A DNA stretch of 64,000 bases from Camelus dromedarius. Lineage: Eukaryota. The notes below the pieces were generated by a model. It was not told the origin of the DNA, searched no databases, and saw nothing but the letters and a program-made list of their open reading frames with translations. Position 1 is the stretch's first letter. Each line of letters begins with the position of its first letter. The stretch is taken from the NCBI RefSeq assembly GCF_036321535.1, contig NC_087437.1, forward strand, positions 11,348,001-11,412,000. Direction: 5' to 3'. Shown here in pieces: positions 11,940 to 22,305 of the stretch. The position numbers and the translations under genes were made by a program.

Positions 11940-12720
11940 CCGTAGGTCATGTTCACAGTTTATCTGTAAATGGTTCAAAGTCAAAATTATATACCACAGA
12001 GACAGAAAGAGCCAGGGGGAAAAATTAAGCAAACATGATAAAAATGTTAACATTTGAGGACTTTGGGTAAAGAGTATCTGAGGATTCTCTGAACTCATCT
12101 CACCAACTTTCTTTGAGTATGGAGTTAGTTCCAAAGAAGAAAAATCTTAAAAAGGTCAGATACCGCCACAAACAAAAAGGAGAGACGTATACTAAAGTGG
12201 GAAAAATATTCGTAGCATTTATAATAGACAATGAATTAAATCCTTAATATACAGATTATAAGGAAAAGACAAGTAGGGCAATAGAAAAGTTAACTAACAG
12301 GTAAATTGCAAGAGAAGACATTTAAGCAGCCAACCGTGTGTGCACACCTGTGAGTGTGGAGTCAAATTTATTATCAATGATAAATATGTAAAGTTTTGGA
12401 AAACGCTGATAAAACCTGTGATAAAACTTTGCCTAATGAATTGCCTTTCTCAGAAATAAACAAACTACCCCAAACTCCAAAGTCAGAGGGTATATGATTA
12501 CATGGACACTGCACTGCTGATTGGTCCAGTAATCTGGTTACAATTTGATAACAGAGAAGGTTTTTAAAGATGTTCAGTACCTTTCACCCAGTTTTTATTA
12601 AATTTTTTTTTTCACTTAGTAGAACTTATCCTGAGGAAATAATCAGAGAGGTGCCAGATTATGTACATGGTGGCTCATTAGAACATTATTTATAATAATA
12701 TTATTTTAAAAGCTTGGCCC
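11940..12720 (+). mobile_element. Old L1 (L1ME-like) fragments
   Basis: 3'-end text 'gcaaacatgataaaaatgttaacatttgaggactttgggtaaagagtat' followed by degraded ORF2 C-terminal text. Confidence 0.65.
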
Positions 12721-14416
12721 TCAGGGACCGTATCACTGTTGGGGAGGTTATTAAGTGGCTGTGAACAGAATCCTATTTTAGAAGAGCGTTTATGATGGGA
12801 AACGTTAACAACATGCACACTGGTGAACATCTGTTGTCTCTGAGTGGTGTCATTATCCTGCTGTTAACAACCTCTGGCCTTGTGAGGACCTGGTCTGCAC
12901 AGGGTGTAAGACAGGAACACAACTGTGGTCCTGTCTCTGATGGAATGAAGTGGCCACGAGGAGCAGCTGAGAAGCTTCAAGGACACCTGAAGGGCCACCG
13001 TTGACAATGACATGGGCTTCATTTTTTAATTTTTTTTTTTGAGATTTAAAATGACATATTACTTTCTAAAAAACTCATCAAAGGGTAGTTTATTTAGTCC
13101 TTGCATTCTTAAAAAAAATTTTTTTTTAGGTCTTCTGCCCATTGACATGGACTTTACAATAAAATATTAGCTTTCCCCACTCGGATGTTTTGCTTGACTT
13201 TGAAAAATCTGTACATTAAGATAGTCTTAAAACACAGAAAACCTCTCTCCAGGGTGTCCTTTTTCTTTACATCCAACCATTAATGTACCCATGACCCTAC
13301 TTTATGAAAATGTGATTTATAAATATTCAAATTTGAAATATAACCTAATCTTTAAAGTGGAGGGAGAAGTGGAGATGAACTAGTCTCAGTTTCTCACTTA
13401 GCAAATGAGGAATTCAAGCTTGAGAGAGATTAGGTGCCTTGATTGGTTATTATCCTTAATATGTAATAAATTGCTTCTACAAATAATGAGAAAAATATAA
13501 AACCCATAACAGGCATCTGGACAATGCATACGAACAGGTAAGTTATGGATGAAGACATAAAAGTGGCAAATAAACATGCAAAAGCATTTCAACCTCAGGA
13601 GTAGCGAGAAATGTGAATTTTCACCAGGCTCCACAAATGAGGACAAGTGGCTTTTATACAAAGTATCTATATTGGATTCTTCTACATTGTACAGGGTCGG
13701 GTGTGAGCCCTCATCTCCTGCCTTTTCTGTGGCTCCCACCCTCCCACCCTTACAAGATGTTGGGGAGGGTGAGGAACCCTCCCCTTCGAGCCCTCCTACC
13801 AACAACACAGATTTGCTTTTTATTCTCTTTGCAAAAACAAAAAGAAAAAACAAGCAAGCAAACAATATGAAGATCGCACAGAGAAAACACTGGGACAACT
13901 ACTGAAAGCACCTGTCACTTCCTGCAGACACTCCTCCCAGGCCCCTGGGACATACTCAATATAATGCCTTGAGAGAGAAAAAGGAGAGGGCAAAGGTCAC
14001 AGCCGGGAGGTGAGATGAACGACTGGGTCGCACAGAAGAGGCGCAGGTCACACAGCTGAGTGAGGCCTGTGGATTCGTAACAGTGTGACTCTATGTCACA
14101 CCCTCACTCCCGAGAGCCAGGTCAGGGCAGACGTAACAGAACCTTGCTTCTACCTCTTCAGGCACATTTATAGGAGTCTGAGGTCTTAGTTCCTTTTTCG
14201 AACAAGGCTAAAAGCCTCTAACTTTGGTATTTAGAATTGTAGGCGTTCTATCTTAGCACAAACTCTCCTATGCTGTGAATCATGATTTTATGCAGACTGG
14301 AGCTCATTATAATGACATAAATGCTAGCAGAACCCCTCCTAGGAAGCAGTGCTCAATTCCAGACCAATAAAATACTGCATTAAGGCATCTTCTTCCTTTC
14401 CTGCAAGAATCAGTAT

Positions 14417-14550
14417 TTTCTTTTCTTTTTTGGAGAGGGGAGGTAATTAGGTTTATTTACTGATTTATTTTTAATGGAGGTACTGGGGATCGAACCGAGG
14501 ACTTTGTGCATGCTAAGCATGTTCCCTACCACTGAGCTCTGTCCTCCCCA
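14417..14550 (-). mobile_element. Camelid tRNA-Ala-derived SINE, full length
   Basis: Perfect 13-bp TSD caagaatcagtat at 14404-14416 and 14551-14563. Confidence 0.95.
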
Positions 14551-15400
14551 CAAGAATCAGTATATTCAATGAGTGACTTCACACAGCCTGAATTTCAAAT
14601 TAGGTGGGGGCAAAGCAATGAGAACATTTTAGCAAGACCTGACTCCACTGTAGCTGATATGAAAAAGCCCCAGAAAATAAACGATTCTCCATTTGAGTTA
14701 ATGCAGAATTTATAAATTTAATAAGAGCATGGCTGAAGGCTTTTTTATCTGAAAATACGGGTCTGCTCGGTTTTTGCAAAACAGATTCAATGTTCTTACT
14801 CCTGTTCATTGAAAAATGAGTTTTCTTTTCATAAAGGTTAATTGATTTCCTGTATTGCCTAACAGTAATATTACCTATTATGTATTTCAGAGAAGAAAAT
14901 ATGCATATTTGCCCTTTAAATTATGCTCCCAAAGCAAGCAAGCACTTCTGATGACTTACAGCTTTATCATGGTCTCCTGTTAGGGTTCTTAAAATAACAT
15001 GCAGCCTGAGACCATAGCAAAAAATAGAGAGAAAAGGACACTGTTTTATTTCATCTACAAACAAGGAAGTCTAAAGTAATGATTTTCTCAGCTGAGCCCA
15101 TTAACATATACTGAGCATATGTGTGTTTTGAGTAGATTTCTTTTGAAAATAGGACCGTTAGTTTCTATGCTCTGAAGCAAACACTGGGAAGCCAGAACTC
15201 CCTCCTCCACGGGGAGGCAGCTGGTTCCAGCCTGGGCTGCAGGGATTACATCCCGCACCCACAGGCTGGCTGACAGCTGGCTTCGTCCAGAACCGTCCTA
15301 GAGTTAGCTCGGATTCCTAGCTCGGTCCTGGAGATGAGCTGCCTCGGCCTGGGGTTTCTGCTTCACAATAACATGGTCTGGACTATCTGGGACTCTAGAA

Positions 15401-16020
15401 CAGGGCTTGGCCAACTACAGTCCTTGGGTCAAAGCTGGAAATGTTCTAAAACTGGATTGTGCTAACGGTTGCACAACTCTATAAATTAGCCAAACACCAT
15501 GCATTGTGCACTTAAAATGGATGAATTTTATAAATTATACCCCAGTAAAGCTGGATTTTTTTTTAAAGCACATACCTACAAAAGTAACAGAAGAAAACAG
15601 AGTAGGAAAGGCCTTAGAGTAAGAGAGGTCTTTTTTAACTGACCTGAAATCCAGAAGCCATGAAGAAAAGATGGGTAAATTTGACTACCAAAACAAAATC
15701 AAAGAGCAAACAATAACCAAAAAAAAAAAAAAAAAAAAAAAAAAAGAATCTGACAAAAAAATCATGGCAAGTTATACTATAAGCTAAATCAAAAGGCAAA
15801 TGACAAACTAAGAGAAAATATTTACCATATATATAAAAAAAGACCAAGCTTCCTAAAAAGAGTTCCTAGAAATCAATAATAATAATCCAAAGGGAAAACA
15901 GGCAAAGGGTTATGAACTGTTTGGTAAATAAAGTTTTACTGAGACACAGCCAAGTCTATTTGTCACGTGTAGTCCACGGCTTTTCAGGCTACGGTGGCCG
16001 AGTTGGCAGTGGAACAGAAA
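15401..16020 (+). mobile_element. MER58A-like element split by L1 fragments (~15438-15915)
   Basis: Left arm 'cagggcttggccaactacag', continuation 'gtaaataaagttttactgagacacagcc' at ~15923, with L1 3'-end and ORF2 text in between. Confidence 0.65.
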
Positions 16021-16265
16021 TGGGAGTCGGTGTGTTTTGGTGCCTGTTACTAAGAAATAAGATGAGATGTGATTCCGAGGCTGATTCACTTCTTAAGGGT
16101 GTGAATTGTTCTGGTTTGCCTAGGTGCTTTGTCTTTTAGCTGCATCAGGAACTCAAGTGTAGATGGGTGTAGAGGCAGGGCAGTGATGCTGGGTGATGTA
16201 ACATTATGGTCATTATATAAGGCTTGTAAACTTGCACAAGGCTGAGGTCTATGGGTACCTGCCCT

Positions 16266-16279
16266 GTTGCCGTGGTAAC
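16266..16279. promoter_or_regulatory. RFX X-box motif
   Basis: GTTGCCGTGGTAAC fits the consensus GTNRCC(N0-3)RGYAAC. Confidence 0.45.
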
Positions 16280-16285
16280 CAAAGC

Positions 16286-16596
16286 AGAGGTTGTAAACTG
16301 CTAATTCATGGTTGATTCCAGACAGCAGACGTATTTGGACTGGCCCATGAGTCTCTGATCTTTTTATACATTAATTGCTTGCATTTAGAAGTGGGGATAC
16401 TTCATTCAAAATTCTGGATTTCCAGCTTCATTTAAAAATTTGAAATCTCTGGACATACTGGGTTCCCTCCCTGCTTGTTGGTGATTGCCTAGAGTGGAGG
16501 TGTGATTTCTCTTCTGAGAGAACCTGGTTCTCCTGTTTTGTTTCAGGCATTGGTGTTCTCTGCCTGGTTCCTGGGGGCCTGTGAGTTTGCAACACT
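16286..16596. mobile_element. MER102-like hAT-Charlie element
   Basis: TIR-like ends 'cagaggttgtaaact' and 'agtttgcaacact', with internal 'aaaattctggatttccagcttc'. Confidence 0.6.
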
Positions 16597-17540
16597 TACT
16601 CTGCGTGTTACAAAAAGGATTTGTGCTATGGCGACCTTAGGTTCCTTGGGGGTCATTCTGTCTCTCCTCTGTCCCCTGCTAAGAGTTTCTAGCTCACGTT
16701 ACCTTACATGCGCTAATCATATTCCATTCTGACGCTACTGCTGAATGGAATAAACAGCCCACCTTGGACAATGCCTGGACGGGGGGTCACTGAGTACATA
16801 GAGCCGTTTATTACATTGATCTGAATCAATGTGAAGAGTAAATGTACTGAGTGTGTGTGTGTGGAGTGACCTTAGGATGGCTGAAAACTAGCCTTTCACT
16901 CTGAATTCTCATTTCCTCCCGTCATGTTTCTCGTGATGTTGCATCTCACGGTTTCAGAAGAACCTAGAAGCACATTTGTGGGGCTGTCGTCACAGGAGAT
17001 GCTTGCATTTAGTAACACTCATTGGTTTGGAAATAATTGTTGCTGATTCTCTCAGACTGGTCTTTTAGGAAACCTGTGTTTCTATTTGGAGGGGACAAAA
17101 GTGGAGGTACACAAAGAAAAGAAAAGAAAACAGGTACCTGTCATACTGTTGGGAGTCATGGGTTAGTAATCATTCTGGACCCTTTTTTTCACTGACATCT
17201 CCTACAGAGAAAAAAGACAAGAAAAATACCGTGGGTTATAACCTGCATTTTCCATAAAATTTTGTTCCAAACAACATCACACGCATTAATTAGCTCGAGG
17301 TGACTTCTTACTTTCAACTCAGAACTGGGAAAACTGAAGCCCAGGTGGGCTGTGTGATACACGTAAGTTTACAATACTCCAAATTTTCATCTCAGATTTC
17401 CTTCTATATCTTTGTCTTTATAACAGTATTTTATTCAAGATCACATGTCTACTTTCCAATCCCAAGTTTTTAGGAAAGCACCAGTCCACTGACTTGTTTA
17501 TCTCGAGTGGCTGAGACGTGTTAGCATCTTCTATCCAGAT

Positions 17541-17703
17541 CCTTGCTTATTAAAATATGGTCTGTGGGCCAGCGGTTTTGGCATCACTGGGAGCTTACTA
17601 GAAATAGAAAATGAGGGTCCTGCGTCAAACCTACTCAATCAAATCTGCACTTGGACGAGACCCAGAGGTGATTCACATGCACGTTGAAGTCTTAGACACA
17701 CTG
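17541..17703 (+). mobile_element. MER5A-like element
   Basis: 'gcatcactgggagcttactagaaat..aaatctgcac..ggtgattcacatgcacgttgaagt..cactg'. Confidence 0.75.
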
Positions 17704-18255
17704 CTCTAGAGAACGGAATCTGTATTCTCATCTTATTTGTGACTTTTTCTTGGTCCGTGCTGAGCAGCTCCTCCTGACCGCTGTATCAGTGAGATCCAAG
17801 GGTAGCAGACGGACTTGGCCTTGTACCAGGACCGATGCTCTGTGCAGGTCAGTGACCAGAGGCACCCGGAGGAGGGCAGAGTGTTGAAAGACACACACAC
17901 AGATAAACCAGATGGCTGCTGATCATGGGTCGGAGTCGTTCCACATATGGCTGGGGACAGATTGGGATGAGGTTTCTTTTTATAGATGGGCCTCTGTATC
18001 CAGTGGTGGACAGTGGCAGCGTGGTGACTCAGGCATCGTGCTGAAGCCCAAGGCATGGGTTCCAGGGCCAGTGCTGTTACCTACTGCCTGTGGGATCACA
18101 ATTTCTTCATGTGCAAAATGCAGAAGACACGACTTGCTTTACCTACTCCATAGGGCTGACGTTTCTGAGGTTTAAAGAGGGTGTGAGTGGAAGTGCTGGG
18201 TAAACGATAGTTTTCTGTGCACATAAAAGCCATTGGGTGAGGGAGGAAATACCTT

Positions 18256-18373
18256 TTTTTAAAAAAAAAACGTGTTAGCATCTTCTATCTAGATCCTTGC
18301 TTGTCCTTGTATAGTCAGTTACAATGTGTTAATTTCTGGTGTACAGTGTAACGTTCCAGTCATGTGTTTATAT

Positions 18374-18410
<37 letters not shown>

Positions 18411-18871
18411 CATATATATATACACACACACACATACATATAATCATTTTCATTTTTTTCATTAGTGGTTATTACAAGATATTGAGCATAGCTTCCTGTG
18501 CTATACAGAAGAAATTTGTTTTTTATCTATTTTTATATATAGTGGCTAACATTTGCAAATCTCACACTCCCAAATTTATCCCTTCCCACCCCCTTTTCCT
18601 GATAACCATGAGATTGTTTACTATGCCTGTAAGTCTCTTTCTTTTGTAGATGAGCTCATTAGTGGCCTGTCTTTTTTTTTCTTGTTTTCTTGTTTTTTTT
18701 TTTTTTTTTGGAGCCCACATATAAGTGATATTATATGGCATTTTCCTTTCTCTTTCTGGCTTACTTCACTTAGAATGACAGTCTCCAGGTCCGTCCATGT
18801 TGCTGCAAATGACATTATTTTATTCTTTTTTATGGCTGAGTAGTATTCCATTGTATAAATATACCACAACT
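18256..18871 (-). mobile_element. Young 5'-truncated L1 with internal (CA/TA)n microsatellite
   Basis: The ORF reads MWYIYTMEYYSAIKKNKIMSFAATW. Degenerate TSD tgagggagga(aatac/gatgt)ctt at 18238-18255 and 18872-18889. Confidence 0.93.
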
Positions 18872-18989
18872 TGAGGGAGGAGATGTCTTGATGCTAAGTA
18901 ATTGATTAGAGATGAGGAAGCATGTAGATTCTATTTTCTATATGGCCATTCCTGCTGTGTCTCCACATCGGGACCTACAGCACTGAGTT

Positions 18990-19172
18990 CATACCTTGAT
19001 TATAGTTCTTGTCACACCTGCAGAAATCACATGTTTACAAGGCTGCCTTTCCCACCAGACTGTAATCTCTTTGAGCCAGGGACTATGTCTTTGTCATTTT
19101 TCTTTCTTCTACGTTGAGCAGAATGTCAGATACAAAATAGGCACTCAAGAAATACATGCTGAGTAAGTGAAT
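18990..19172 (+). mobile_element. L2 3' end
   Basis: 'agactgtaatctctttgagccagggact..taggcactcaagaaatacatgctgagtaagtgaat'. Confidence 0.75.
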
Positions 19173-19194
19173 AAAAATAAAATTACTGAGGGTC

Positions 19195-19309
19195 GGGGGA
19201 GGGTATATCTCAGTGGTAGTGTGTGCTTAGCATGCACCAGGTCCTGTGTTCAATCCCCAGTACCTCCATTAAAATAAATAAATAAACCTAATTACCCGCT
19301 CCCCCCTCC
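19195..19309 (+). mobile_element. Camelid tRNA-Ala-derived SINE
   Basis: Head plus AATAAACCTAATTACC tail. TSD aa(a/t)ttactga(g/a)ggt at 19180-19193 and 19310-19323. Confidence 0.95.
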
Positions 19310-20319
19310 AATTTACTGAAGGTTGACATGGCGTGGTATAAGCTGCCTGACTTGGCATCTGGCAGAAAGGAGGAGTATTAACTACTAGCAAATGCATTCT
19401 TGCTACCAATGAACATTTCAAGGGTCACCAACACAGCTCCATTCTCATCTGACTGTCCAGCTGGGTTGTGAGTGAGAAGCCCAGGCTCTGAGACCCCCAG
19501 GGTGAGAGCTCAGATCACACCTCTGGTACGGAGTATCCATACCCCTCGTTCTTGGAGTCTAAGCCGCCATTAACCCCCTCTCCCCAACCTGTGGGTGCTG
19601 TTACATCCTTCTGAATGTTCTGGAGAGGATGAGGAACTTGGCTCGAACTGGGCCAACCACAGTGCTCCACCTTTGGCCAAACTGGGCAAGACCGGAGGTG
19701 GGCTAACATGATGCTTTTTCAGGATGTTTGGAGAAGGGAGGAGAGAGAGAAGGAGGCAGGAAGAGAAAGGGTTGGGAGGTAATTTATTCTGTCTCTGGTG
19801 GCAGAATTTATCAGGAGCTAAAACTCTCAAACATGTCTCTCTCAGCCACAAGGAAACAGCCTGTCTGAGGGTGAGGGAGAGGCGACCCTAACACTCCCAG
19901 AGGACTTGAGGAGAGGAGGGAGTGCTGTGGCCTCGAAGCCCTGCCTCTAGTTCTCCCTGAGGCCCAGCTGTGACCCCTCTGGCCGTCCTCAGCGCCCCCT
20001 GAGCAAAACGGTGGATTTTGCTGGGTCCGGCAAAGGAGGGGCCAGTCAGCTGTCGACCCCCTGCAACCGAAGAACCCCGACTGACAGCACCAGTAAGAAG
20101 ACACAGTAACACAAATGTGCCGGAAGAGCTCTGTGCCCTTTCTATCATCTTGAAGGTGAAGCTACAAAACCCCAGTTATGTTCTTGCTACACCGACCATT
20201 TAAACATATCTTTATTTTCAAAATTTCACTTAGAACAGGCATGGGAACCATAGAAGGGCAGAGTGCGTGAAGCAGAAAGTATCCAGGGGCAGGAGGAACA
20301 TCTTTCAAGGCTTTAAAAA

Positions 20320-21030
20320 CACCGTTACCACCACCACATTCAGTACCGCCCGCTTCCGCTGCAGCCGCACAGCACCGCAGCGCTGCCACGCCGCGCCACG
20401 CCGCTGCCAGCGCCGTGCGTGAACCGGGAAGCCCCGTCACCGCCGTGCTTCAGCCTTGCCGCGCTGTGCGCTGCTGCTACCGTTGCTGTGGCATTAACGG
20501 TACGCCCCTGTTCCTACCGCCGCAGCGCTTTAGTGTTACTGCGCTGTGCTACGCTGTTACCGTTCCCACAGCGTTTATAGTGCCGTCCCGTTCCTGTCCC
20601 GGCAGGGCTCTACCTAGTATTTCGTATTATTTAGTGCTGGTTTCCTTCCACGAGCTCTCGAGTGTTAAACCATAGTTAAGTGCTCCGAGGCGCTGTGTCC
20701 CAGGGCTGTTTTAGGGTCACCCGGGACACGGGGCCAGGGTGTCAGCCAGTGCTGTGTGCGTGCGGAGGAGGGACGCACAGAAGGTCTTCGCTGGAGCCAC
20801 CGCAGGGTCACAGCGTCCAAAGAGGAACAAAGTCTCAGCAGGTTAAAAGGAAAGGAAGCTGAGGTTTTCCCTTTTGGGGAGAGCGCGCGGGGAGCGGGTC
20901 GGCGGAGGAGCTGAGGGTGCCGTGAGCTGTGCTCGCGGAGGACTGACCGCCCCACCGTCCTGCTGTCCCTCTGTCCCGCTGTCTGCAGGGCAACAGCCAG
21001 CCTGCATGTCCTGCGTTGCCGCAGGCCCAC
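20320..21030. promoter_or_regulatory. CpG island (candidate promoter/enhancer), left half low-complexity
   Basis: Visibly dense CpG and high GC against a CpG-depleted background. The CpG ratio was not computed. Confidence 0.6.
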
Positions 21031-21194
21031 TGCTCCTGGCAGGGAAGAGCCCACAGTGACAGTCTGCATCCCGGCCCCGAAGAGCTGAGGGTCCTTTAAC
21101 AGTTTCACCATTTGAGCACCAGCTGAGGGGAGAGTGGCCTTCAGTTTCGTCCCCTGGGAAAGTGTTACTGAACCCAGAACATTCCTTTGACGTG

Positions 21195-21790
21195 AGTCAT
21201 TCGTTGATTTGGTTGGTCAGTCCAGAGCCCTTGACGGAGGGCCTAGTCTCTTTGGGCACCGTCCCAGGCTTTGTCCAAAGACAACACTTGGGCCTGCCCA
21301 CATGGGGCTTCCAATCTAACAGAGGAAGAGAATCACGCTAAAAAAAAAATGCAAAGTGTGTGCAGGTTTCACCTGAAGAGTCTCCTCCAAGCAGACCGGG
21401 AGCCACAGGAAGGAGACGTCATTTCCACCTGGGGCAATCTGGGAAGGCTTCGCGGTGGAGATGACCCTGCATCCGAAGGCTCTTCTTTCCAATATGCCTC
21501 TCCCTGGGGAATGACTGAATGCTTTATTCTCATTCTTGTGCTCCTGAGGGCCAGGGACCACTCTACAAGAAACGAGCCTTGTGTAGAAAAACTAGGCAAC
21601 TCCCTCGAATGACGCAGGTTTTAAGCAGGGAAGTGATCCAATCCGATTTGAGTTTTTAAAGCTTCGTAGTGGCTGTGGAGTGAAAGCAGCCCAGTCGGGG
21701 AGCTGTGGCAGGTCAGGCAGGGAGATGAAGGGGGCTGGAACTCAATGGTGGTGACAGCGGAACAACTCTCATGACATTTAGGAGGAAGAA
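21195..21790 (-). mobile_element. L2 fragments
   Basis: 'cctgcccacatggggcttccaatcta', 'ggttttaagcagggaagtgat..gatttgagtttttaaa' and 'gggggctggaactcaatggtggtgacag'. Confidence 0.65.
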
Positions 21791-22195
21791 ATAATGACAC
21801 GGTGATGAAGTTGATTGGAGTATTTAACACGGGGAAAAACACTGGGTTTGCAAATCGATTCAGCCCAGAGGCTCTCGGCCCTCAAGGAATTTACAATCCA
21901 TTTTACAAGCTGGCCGGAAGGCAGCGGCTGTTGGCGGGGAGCAGCTGAAAATGCGAGCTGCATAGACGGTGTGCCAAGAGGTGGTGCCGAGAACCAACAG
22001 CTCAGGGCGGAGACTTGCTCCACCCGCTCCGTCCTTCCCCGATGCCATCCGTGCCCCTTGGGCGAAGCATTCCCCTTGGAGGTGGGCATTCACTCCTCAA
22101 ACATATAAAATGCATTTCTGTTTTAAAAATACAAGTGATGGAAAGTTGTTCTCGAGTACTCTGAAAAGGAAGTGGCATTATTATGAACTCTTAAG

Positions 22196-22305
22196 AAATA
22201 TATATATATGAATACATAACTGAATCATTTTGCTGTACACCTGAAACTAATACAACATTGTAAATCAACTAGACTTCAGTAAAAAGTTGTTTGTTTTGGA
22301 AAAAA
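22196..22305 (+). mobile_element. Very short young L1 3' end
   Basis: 'aactgaatcattttgctgtacacctgaaactaatacaacattgtaaatcaacta'. Confidence 0.85.

Noticed and set aside
14600..15000. AT-rich repeat-free block resembling a conserved non-coding element
   Set aside because: Conservation cannot be seen from one sequence, and no diagnostic motif was found.
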